Below, one piece after another: positions 49,846-61,800 of a stretch of 64,000 bases of DNA. The position numbers were made by a program, and so were the translations under genes. The DNA lies in assembly GCF_035594765.1 (NCBI RefSeq), contig NW_026943818.1, forward strand, positions 10,573,924-10,637,923, in the 5' to 3' direction. The DNA is from Anolis carolinensis (Eukaryota). Positions within the stretch are counted from its first letter, which is position 1. Each line of letters begins with the position of its first letter. Below the pieces are notes generated by a model. That model was not told the DNA's origin and searched no databases. It was given only the letters and a program-made list of their open reading frames with translations.

Positions 49846-52800
49846 TTATAACCAGGGGGTCCTTGGGCTTGAGATGGAAGGCCGGATGCTGCCCCTGGGA
49901 GGCGGCTTGGACCCAAACCAGGACATCTGGAAGGGGAAGAAGCACAAGGCGTCAATGCAAGCGTCAGTAAGGCACACTGGGTGCTGTGCCAAAGATCTCA
50001 GCCGGCATTTGGAAACAAGAGACATTGACAAAATTACGATCTGCCAACTGCAAAAGGCCACCCTGCTGGGATCTGCGTGCATCATCCGAAAATACATCAC
50101 ACAGTCCTAGACACTTCGGAAGTGTTAGACTTGTGATTTTGTGATATGAAATCCAGCATGTCTATCTTGTTTGCTGTGTCATACAACAACAACAACAACA
50201 ATAATAATAATTTTGTACCCCGCCTCCATCTCCCTGCAGGGACTCAGGGCGGCTAACATATATATATCTGTGGAATAATGCCCACGGTGGAAGAAAGGAC
50301 TCTTTTGTCTGTTTGAGGCAAGTGCAAATGTTGCAATTGGCCACATTGATTATCACTGAATAGCCTTACAGCTTCAACATCTGGCTGCTTCCTGACTGGG
50401 GGAATCCTTTGTTGTGAGGTGTTGGCTGACCTTCATTGTCTAGAATTCTCTTATCTTCTGAGTGCTGTACTTTCTTTACTGTCCTGATTGTAGTCAGATT
50501 TTGTTTGTAACAGCACTCAGAAGACAGGGGAATTCCAAATAGAAAACAATCAGGGTCAGCTAACACCTTCGTAAAAGAAAACAGGACATTAATAAGCCAG
50601 GTGAACTTATCACTTTTACGTTGTCTTGGGAATAAAAACTCTTCCAAAAAGATCGAACAGTCTCATAATTTCATCTTGCGAGGCAATAAGCAGCCAGACC
50701 TTAAAGCTCCAAGGCTATTCAGTGGTAAAGTGATGTTTTTATTGGTTATCTGTTTTATTGCTGTGTTTTGATATTTGATTGTTTTATCGGGCAAGGCCCC
50801 ATGTAAGCCGCCCCGAGTCCCTTCGGGGAGATGGGGCGGGGTATAAAAATAAAGTTATTATTATTATTATTATTATCAAGGTGACCAATTGCAACATTCA
50901 CACTTGCCTCAAAGAGAGAGTTCTTTCTCCCATCCTGGACATTCCGCAGATATATAAACCCCAACAGACCTCACAACCTCTGAGGATGCCTGCCATAGAT
51001 GTGGGCAATACGTCAGGAGATAATGCTTCTGGAACATGGCCATACAGCCCGAAAAACTCAAGAGCAACCCAACTTAACGGTCGAAAAGGTGGAATAGGTG
51101 CTTGACACATTCAAACCATCACTTGGAATGGAAAGGTACATGTGGATTCACTTTGAAGAGTTCAAAGCCTCACCTTGTACTCCAGCGTTTCCTTGAGCAT
51201 GTTTTCTTCCTCTTGAGAGAAGCCGAGCAACACTGAGACGGCTTTGATCAACTGGAATGCCTGCAATGCATAACATAACATTATTTCCGTTGCTACTTCA
51301 AAACTGTCATTTTGCTATTGTTATGAATCGTAACGTAAATATCTGATATGCAGGATGTATTTTCATTCACTGGACCAAATTTGGCATTAAAACAAACACA
51401 GATGCCCCTTATCCTACCTCTGATTCCCTGCAGGACATAAATTTCAGCACCACGTGCTTCAGGTACTCAAAGTTTATCTCTCGGGAGTCGTTCAGATCTG
51501 AGTTGTTTGTCACAGTCAAGGCCGGAGCGGGTGCTTCGGGGACCTCGGCCTCAGGCTTGATTTTCTAAAATAAGAAAATACAGGGGATGAATAAGATGGG
51601 CAAAACTATCACTTGCCAAACCTCTGTTAAGTTGTCTTGGGAAATAAAAACTCTTCCCCCCAAAAAATTATTTATTTATTTACAGTATTTATATTGCGCC
51701 CTTCTTTCTCACCCCGAAGAGGACTCAGGACGGATTACAATGAACACATATATGGCCAACATTCAATGCCAAGAGACAAACAACATACATTAGACAAACT
51801 CAGAGGCATTTTAAACATTTTTCCAGCTTCACGATTCCGGCCACAGGGGGAGCTGTTGCTTCACCGTCCAGTAGTGGCTGTACTTCCTCATTCCTTTCCT
51901 CGTGTTTTGCTGGCAGTTTTATGATGTTGTAAATTAGCCTCCCACATAAAGCGTCCCTAAATTTCCCTAATTGACAGGTGCAACTGTCTTTCGGGGCTGC
52001 ATAGGTCAACAGCAAGCCAGGGCTAGGAGGCTTAAACCGACCCGGGCTTCGAACTCATGACCTCTCGGTCAGTAGTGATTTATAGCAGCTGGTTACTAGC
52101 CAGCTGCGCCACAGCCCGGCCACTATAAATAAATAAATACTGTAAATAAATAATAATAATAATAATCCATAAATTCAGATTGTCTCATAGTTTCATCTTG
52201 CGCAAGGTGCTCCTAAAGACTCCTAAAGACTCCCATCTTTGATCCTAACACATTCTGCACCAATAACCTAGCATAAATTATGTAAATGTATTTACTAAAT
52301 TTATATCCTGTTCCTCCACCACATGGTGCTCAAGATGGCTAGCTGCAAACATGCAAATGAGATGCAAAGCAAGCGAATATAAAAAGGAGTTGGGGAGAAG
52401 ACGCCAACTAAAGGCAGTTTATTTATGCATTGTCGAAGGCTTTCATGGCTGGAATCACTGAGTCGCTGAGAGTTTTCCGGGCTGTATAGTCATGTTCCAG
52501 AAGCATTCTCTCATGACGTTTCGCCCACATCTATGGCAGGCATCCTTACAAGTTGTGAGGTCTGTTGGAAACTAGCCAAGTGGGGTTTATATATCTGAGG
52601 AATAATGTCCAGGGTGGGAGAAAGAACTCTTGTCTGCAAATGTGAATGTTGCAATTGACCAGCTTGTTTAGAACATCGAATGGCCTTGCAGCTTCAAGGC
52701 CTGGCTGATTCCTGCCTGGGGAATCCTTTGTTGGTTGGTGTTAGCTGGCCCTGATTGTTTCATGTATGGAATTCTTCTGATTTCTGAGTGTTGTTCTTTA

Positions 52801-55800
52801 TTTACTGTCCTGTTGGGCTTATTCCCCATGTAAGCCACCCCGAGTCCCTCCAGGGAGATGGAGGCAGGATATAACAATAAAGTAGTAGTAGTAGTTGTTG
52901 TTATTATTACTATTATGAGTTTCAGAATTCAGCTTCCACTACACAAATCAGTAGTTTTGTGTGTTGAGCTACCATGGCCCAAACAGGCAACACTAAACCA
53001 TCAATGCCAATGTTGTGACAGGAACCTAGGGTATCGTCTTTTCAAACATCCATGGAAATGGTTGTCTCGAAAGTCATTTTCAAACAGTAAAGAGTGCGCA
53101 GTTTGTTAATTGAGCAGCAGAAAAAAAGAGACTGAGAATGTCCTCAACCTACCAACTCTTTCTGCAAGGTCTTCTTTAGTTCCGCCATCCTTTGTTGGAG
53201 CTGCTTTATCATCTAAATGTGGAGACAGGAGAGAACTTTAGCTCAAACACTTGAGTCAAAACGTATCATAATATACATTGAGAATATATAATGATTCTTG
53301 TCAAAAGGGAAAAATATCACCTTCGAAGGACAACTGATGCAAAGAAGCATAAACCTATTTTCCCAAAAAAGAGCAAGGAGGACATGGCCGCCTAACAAAC
53401 CGTCTCGCCCACAGGGTGAAGGTCGGGAATATGAGCTCCCAAAAATACTTACCTTATTCTTCTCCACGATTTGCTGCTCCAGGTCTCTGTTCTCCTTCTG
53501 GAGCTGAACCACATCAGCGGCGTCCACCTCTCCATTGGTTTCTGCTTCTCCACCTTCGGAGGCACGCAAGTGCTTTTTCAAGGCTGAGGATGCCTGGCAA
53601 AAAGGGACCATAGATGAAAGAGATGTGTCGTTTTAGTAAAACGGAGGCACGTACAAGTTGGGAAGACTCAGGGCTGGCTGATGCAAGGGAGGGACATATG
53701 CAAGATACAATGAAAATGCACAGATACAGAATGGGGGACGATGCCTGGCTCGACAGCAGGACGTGTGAGAAAGATCTCTTGAGTCCTCGTGGGGAGGAAG
53801 GGGAACATGAGCCAACAATGTCATGCAGCGGCAAAAAAGCCAATAGGATTTTGGCCTGCATAAGTAGGAATATAGTGCCTAGATCCAGGGAAGTCATGCT
53901 CCCCTTCTATTCTGCCTTGGTCAGACTACACCTGGAATCACACTGTGTCCCATTCTGGGCACTGCAACTGAAGGGAGAAGTTGACAAGAAGGAATGTCCA
54001 GAGGAGGGCGACTCAAAGGATCAAGGGTCTGGAGAACAAGCCCTATGAGGAGCGGCTTAAAGAACTGGGCATGTTTAGCCTGCAGAAGAGAAGGCTGAGA
54101 GGAGACATGATGAGGGCCATGGATCAAGATGTTAGGGGGGAGAAGTCATAGGGAGGAGGGAGCAAGCTTGTTTTCTGCTGCCCTGGAGACTAGGATGCAG
54201 AACAATGGCTTCAAACTTCAGGAAAGAAGAAGAAGAACTTCCTTACTGTGAGAGCTGTTCAGCAGTGGAACTCTCTGCCTCAGACTGTAGTCGAGGATCC
54301 TTCTTTAGAGGCTTTTAAGCAGAGGCTGGATGGCCATTTGTCGGGGGGGGGGGGGGGTGTCTGAATGTGATTTTCCTGCTTCTTGGACTGGATGGCCCGT
54401 GAGGTCTCTTTCAACTCTATGATTCTATGTTGTCGAAGGCTTTCCTGGCTGAAATCACCGAGTTGCTGTGAGCTTTTCGGGCTGTATGGCCATGTTCCAG
54501 AAGCATTCCTTCCTGATGTTTTGCCCACATCTATGGCAGGCATCCTCACAGGAGAAAATGCTTCTGGAACATGGCCACACAGGCCAAAAAACTCACAGCA
54601 ACCCAGTTGAGCATTCGACTTGAGTAAATGTGGTAGTTCAGAAAGTCATACATCCCAGCCCAGGGCCACTCACTTGCTTCTCGCTGGCCGTCAGCCACTC
54701 TTGCTGTTCCTGCAGCTGGGCTTGCAATGCGCTCCTCTGCTCTTCTGCCTCGGTTTCCCGTTCGGCAGCCTGACGCTGGCAGAGCTTGAGACTGGACTGC
54801 AACTGTTGGACCTGCAGCACAAGCGCATCGTGGCCTAGAAGAAAGAACAACGTCCAGAAGGGCAACATCATGACATCAAATTTGGATGGAAGCACTCTCA
54901 ATTTTATCCATTTTCCCAAGAAACACAGAACAGTGTTGGTAATTTCCTCTAATACACAAGAGTGCCCTAAACCAGGGGTCCTCAAACTTTTTAAGCAGGG
55001 GGCCAGTCCACAATCCTTCAGACTGTTGAGGGGCCAAATTATCCTTTGAAAAAGAAATACGAACAAATCCCTATGCACACTGCACATGTCTTATTTGTAG
55101 TGCAAAACAACAACAACAATGAAAGAACAATAAAATATTTTAAAATGAAAACAATTTTAACCAACATAAACCTATCAGGCCAATGAGATAGTCAAGTTAA
55201 TTAGGATTGTTGTTGTTGTTGTTGTTGTTGTGTGCCTTCAAGTCAAGTGGGCGAGCCTAAGTCTAAAATTATTTATTTATTCATTTACTACATTTATTTA
55301 CTACATTTATATCCCACCCTTCTCACCCCGAAGGGAACTCAGAGCAGCTGTATGTACATACAATATATTATATTATTAGCATAGCACAATATTAGTATTA
55401 TATTTTACTACTAGCTGTGCCTGGCCACACGTTGCTGTGGCTTGTCTGGTGGTGTTGGTGAGAAATTGTTGAGATAGTGGTGGTATTGAATGTCTGTTGT
55501 AAGGTTGTCTTTATGTTTAGTATGCACACTGAAGTAGATTATATGGCAGTGTGGAGTCAAGATAATCCAGTTCAAAGCAGATAATATAAGATTCTAAATG
55601 GGTTATATAGCTGTGTGGAAGGGCCTTGAGTCTACACTGCCATATAATCCAGTTAAAATCTGATAATCTGTGGAAGAGGCCTAAGTGAGGCCTAACTGTG
55701 CCTGTCCCCTGGGCTGAGTAGGTTGCTAGAAGACCAAGTGAGCGGAGCTTAGCCTTCAAACTGGCAGCAATTGGATAAAAACTATTATTCCTCTCCCTGT

Positions 55801-58800
55801 AATTAGGACTTTATTTTTCTTTTCTTTTTGTTGTATCAACCTAGAGCCACGAATGATGGGTTGTGTTGTCAAATTTCGAGGTTGGGGGGCCTGTAGTTTT
55901 GTTGTTTCGTCCGCTGCCCTGATGCCATCACTCTTTTATATATATAGATATTGAACTATACAGTAGAGTCTCACTTATCCAACATAAACGGGCCGGCAGA
56001 ATGTTGGATAAGCGAATATGTTGGATAATAAGGAGGCATTAAGGAAAAGCCTATTAAACATCAAATTAGGTTCTGATTTTACAAATGAAGCACCAAAACA
56101 TGATGTTAGACAACAAATTTGGCAGAAAAAGTAGTTCAATACGCAGTAATGCTATGTAGTAATTACTGTATTTATGAATTTAGCACCAAAATATCATGAT
56201 ATATTGAAAACATTGACTACAAAAATGTGTTGGATAATCCAGAACGTTGGATAAGCGAGTGTTGGATAAGTGAGACTCTACTGTACTACTATACTGTAAT
56301 ATATGTAATATATAACATGTAATTAATATTATTATATGGTATTATTATTAGTATTACATTGTATAACATGATAATATTATCAATATCATATGTATATATA
56401 ATATATTATTAAAACTGATATAAAAATACTATATTATAAATGAGGGCGGGGGCCAGGTAAATGGCCTTGGAGGGCCGCATCCGGCCCCCGGGCCTTAGTT
56501 TGGGGACCCCTGCCCTAAACCAAGCAATGGAAAGGGGATGTACTTCATGAAAGGCTCAGAAAATGGTTTCTCCACCTGGGCTGCATCGGAGCATTCTCAG
56601 ATTAACCAATGGCTTCAAGACTCAAGATTTAATATCTGCTGGATTTCTCACCTTGCCTTAAGTGCGTCAGCTCTTCTTCCTCTTTCAAAAGCTGGCCTGT
56701 TTTTTCCGCAATCAGCCGATCTTTCTCTTTTAACGATGACGTCAAATCTGCAATCTAAGAAGAAGAAAATAAATACGTCACAGTGTAACTACCAGTCCTG
56801 GATTTCAAACCCAGTGTTGGGTTGAATATATTTTTACTGTATCCAATTGCTCTTGCAGATTTGGACCCCGATCACCCAGTGCTCAAGCCACTACACGAGG
56901 CATGGGCAAACTTGGGCCGTCCAGGTGTTTTGGACTTCAACTCCCACAATTCCTAACAGCCCCAGGCCCTTTCCTTTTCTCCCTCACCCGCTCAAGCAGG
57001 CATTTTACAGTGAGTGATCCTGGCTGAAGGACCGATTCCAGATAGATGTAGTCCCTCACCTGTTGCTGCAGCTCCTTCTGTGTCTCCTCCTGAGTTTGGG
57101 CCATTTCGGCACTCCTGCCCAGTTCTGCCTGCAAAAGAGAAGGAATCCCGAGATGCAGATGAATCCTAAACTATAAGTAGTCAGTCCCCTCCACCAACGT
57201 TTCCCATTCATTTCTATCTCTGTCTTTCCCATTTTTCATTATCTGGGCTTGACCAGAAGCTCACCTCCTTTTCCTTGGACAGGATGACAAATATAACAAC
57301 AACAACAGCAACAACTTTATTTTTATACCCCGCCACCATCTCCCCAAAGGGACTTGGGGCGGCTTACATGGGGTCATGCCCAGGTAAAAACAATAACAAA
57401 GTAAAACACATCAAATAAAAAAGTGCAATTATAAAATTTGAAACATCAACATATAGAGATAAAATAGCAACTTAATAAAACATGATTGAAACACAAAATT
57501 TTAAAAACGTACTGGGTAAAGTGCACCGTATAAATTTGTAGACATAAGGTAGCTGATAAAGTGCTGTAGATTCGTGAGAGCGCAAATTAGGATGGGAATA
57601 GGCCCTATGGCTATATCAAAGTGACAAGGCCAGAAAAGTGCAATTGATGAGGAAATGGTCACAGATGTAGGATTTGTCATGGAGATGGGCAATCCTTAAC
57701 CAAAGGTCTGTGTAAAAAGCCAGGTTTTCAAGCTCTTCCTGAATGCTGCCAAGGTAGGGGCCTGCCTAATCTCCCTGGGGAGCGAGTTCCAGAGCCGGGG
57801 GGCCACCACGGAGAAGGCCCTTTCTCTCGTCCCCACCAACCCCGCTTATGATGTAGGTGGAAGCGAGAGGAAGCCCTCCCCCAACGACCGAAAAGATTGC
57901 GCAGGTTCATGGGGGAAAAGGCTGTCACAAAGTTAGGATGGTCCCAAACCGTTCAGGGCTTTGTAGGCGATCACCTGAACCTTGAATTGGGTCCAGAAGG
58001 TGAACGGCAGCCTGATATAAACTGCAATGTTTATGTTGTGAATGCGCCTTTGGAGACCGTGAATGATAGTGGTGAGATCAGGAGAGGAAGGAAAAACCCT
58101 CGCGAGGAGGATTCATTGGAGGATTTGTTTAGGAAAAGGGTCAGGGAGACTGATGGGGAGTCTTCTGAGGAGGATTCATGTGGGGATCCTGAGGTGGAAA
58201 TGGATGCTGGGGAACAGGTATTGGGCACGGACTGGGCACGGGCACCGGAGATGCTTGTGGACGAATCGGGGCCCGTAGATACTGCTGATGCTGGGGAAGC
58301 TTGGGTGTCTTCAGAAGCAGATCCCACTTGGTCTGCTTGGAGGAGTGAGAGGGGGTCCACAGGTGTGGATGGAGTTGGGCATGGGCAGGATGATTGGGAC
58401 TCTGATGAGGAATTAGGAATCCCTGACCCAAGGGCATTGGCTGTGTGGAGTTCTGATTCAGATTAAGAAGTTGAGACACCTGCTCTTTGAGCGTGGATAG
58501 TTTGGAAGCCCAGGGAGACCTGGATATATTGGGGTTGTTTGGCCATTATACCTTGTGTGTGGCAAGGTGTTGACTCAAAACTCTTGAGATCCCAAGTCTT
58601 GCCCCCATACCTTTAGTCTCTCCAGTTCAGACTCTTGTGCAGTCGTTAACTTTTCTACATCCTTACATCTGATGGTAAGTTCTTCGTTTTTATTTTCTAA
58701 TTGCCTCTAAGGGAAGGAAGATAAATATAAGGTTGCATTTAGATCTGGCAATTCCTAGACATAACATTGTCATACTCGCTTCGCTTCACCTTGCTATGCA

Positions 58801-61800
58801 ATTATGCCAGCAGCTCCAAGTCAGTTATCTATAGGTTTGTGTAACTAATGCTTTGTTGACTGTCGTTCAAGCTGAAAATTTAAATATTTGTGAATATTTT
58901 GATCCATATCTGTTTTCAGCATTCTGTGGAAAGGAACTAGAATGCTGATCTGGAGGGTCACTCACAATTCTGTGCTGGGAAGCCACCCTTTCGGACTCTT
59001 GCGCAGCCACGAGGGCCTCAGTCTTCTCCTCCAGCTTTGCCACTTGTTCTGCACAGTGATGCTGGGCAGCGGAAAGGCTTTCCTCCCAATTGATCCTCCC
59101 CAACTCCAGGTCCGCTTGCTATGAAAGGACAGGAAAAGGAAATGCCAGCATGGGTGGGCATGGAGGATTGTCAAAGAGGCAAACAAACTGTATGTAACAT
59201 TGGTCCAGTTTGACTACATCTACTCCTTTGTTGCAATACCAGCTATCTACGTTAGAATACTATCTACGTGAGAATCCAAAACAAGTTTGTCCATATCCTT
59301 TGTCTCTTTCACTTTCTACAGCCATTCTTCCATAGCTGGTGTTTCCTTTAACTTCCATCTTTTGGCAAAACTAATTCTAGCTGCAGTTGTTAAATATGTG
59401 AATATGATGTCATCGTTATTACTCAAATGGATATCCTGATCCGTTGTTCCCAATAGATAATATTCCGCTTTCCTAGGAAAATTTATTTTGAGTATCTGTT
59501 GGCAGATTTCTTTTTTACTAAAGAAAAACACGGGGACCCCGACAGGATTTACAGATTGGTCTAAAGTGGAAGAATATGTAAGAAAAAGAAGTTAAAGGTT
59601 AAACGATGAAGAAGAAGGATGAATAATTTCTGTGTCGCTTGTTGTAAGCGTATAGCAAGGTAAAGAAGTAATGACTAAGCTAACAAATAAGGACAATATC
59701 CCTCCCTTTTGGTAGGGTTCGTTCTTTACTTCAGATAAAGAGGTTAATTCAATATTGTTTTTATTGTATTACCCTCACTTAATTATATAGACTGGAAATC
59801 GCAAAGGTGAAGATGGAAGTCTTTTTTTAATTTTTTTTCAATTTTTTTAATACACATGTTTTTTTCTTCTTTCTTTCTCTTTCTCTCTTTTTTTTCTTCA
59901 CCTTCTGTCAAAATTATTGTTCTCACTCTTTCGTTGTTATTTCTTTATTATACACACCAATAAAAATATATACAAAAAAAAGAAAAGAATCCAAAACAAG
60001 AACAAAAACCCAGCCATTCAGGTAGCATTCAGAGGAAGAGGACTGTACTGCTGACAGATTGGCGAGAAGAGAGTTGGTTTCGCAGTGATTATCCTTGGCT
60101 CTGGGAGTTGTAGTTCCCCCGCAGCAAGAGCACACTGAATGCAACTGACGTCAGATCTGGACTGTACTTAGTGCAGAGACCCAACATGGCCAGCTTTGAA
60201 TACTGGTGGGGTTTGGGGTGATTGGCCCATGATTTTGGGAATTGCAATTCACCCACATCATGCTTTTTCTAATGGGAGCATACATTTAAAAAAAAGGAAG
60301 GACTGGCTTTTTTTTCCTAAGAAACAGAGCTACAAATTACCAAACTGATATAGCCAAACACCCCAAAACAAACAATGCCTTTTTGAAATAACCCAGGCAC
60401 TGACGGGTCCCCAAGCTGGTTAAAAATAATGGTGACAAATGGAATATTTACCGTGTTTCCCCGAAAATAAGACAGTGTCTTATATTATTTTTTGCTCCCA
60501 AAGATGTGCTAGGTCTTATTTTCAGGGGATGTCTTATTTTTCCATGAAGAAGAATTCACATTTATTGTTGAACAAAAAAATGAACATTTATTATATACGG
60601 TACAGTAGTTGTCATCACAAACCAACATAACCAAACCAGACAAACTGTGACTCCTGTCAAGAATTTCTTGTTACTACCATTATTTCCATGTACAACTGGT
60701 ATGTCCATTTATCAATCCTGCATGCTCTGGTGTTTTGTTTGGCGGGCACCGGGCATGCTTCCAAACAAAAACTTTGCTAGGTCTTACTTTCAGGGGAGGC
60801 CTTATTTATTTATTATTTATTTACAGCATTTATATTCCGCCCTTCTTTCTCACCCCGAAGGGGACTCAGGGCGGATCACATTACACATATAGGCAAACAT
60901 TCAATGCCTTTTAACATAGAACAAAGACAAGACAAACATAGGCTCCGAGCGGGCCTCGAACTCATGACCTCCTGGTCAGAGTGATTCATTGCAGTTAATT
61001 GCAGCTGGCTTGCTCTCCCGCCTGCACCACAGCCTGGGCAATTCAGCAAAACCTCTGCTAGGTCTTATTTTTTAGGGATGTCTTATTTTCAGGGAAACAG
61101 GGTAGCTGTGAAGCATGCCCCTTCTGCTTTATATTCTGTTAAAAACCTGGCTATGCTAACTCACCAACTGTTGAATGCGAAGCTCTCTCTCCTCGACCTC
61201 TGCCTTGCTTTTCGTAGCGGCCTCATTGGCTAGCTGGAGAGCGTCTTCAAGATCTTTCTGCTGGAAAAAAGGAAGGTTTTCATTTCCTGGTTTCTAACAT
61301 TGAAGTCTAGAGTTGGAAGAGACCCCAAAGGCCATCCAGTCCAACTCCAAAGAGGAAGACACCACTCAGTCTCTCCCAAGAAAGTGATTGCCCACCCTTA
61401 CGGCACAGAGAAAGGGATGTACATTTGCATGGCGGTTACCTGTTGTGCGCTGTTTTCCTGGAGACTGCGCACTCGCTCCTCCCTCTCGCTCAGGTGCGCC
61501 TGCCCTTCGGCCAGTTGGCCATTCAGCTGGTTGATCTAGGATGTAACACACACCACCTCTGACCCTTGAGCTGAAACGCACAACCACGAGAGTCACCTGG
61601 GCAACTTTCACCAGCTGCGCCAGCATCGAGTGTTACAACCAGGGTCAGTGTGCGCCGTCGGTAACCACCCTGATTTCCCTCAAAAGCCAAAACCGCAAAC
61701 GTGGAGGGATATTTGCATTTCTGTCAGGATCCCCAATCCTTGACATCTCTGGTCAGCTGACAAAGAACAGATGCCAGCCATAAAAGCAGGCCGGCCATAA

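Noticed and set aside
53583-53600. CTGAGGATGCCTG resembling the hammerhead 5' half
   Set aside because: No stem II partner or GAAAC follows. It is the antisense of a GOLGA1 exon start, a chance match.
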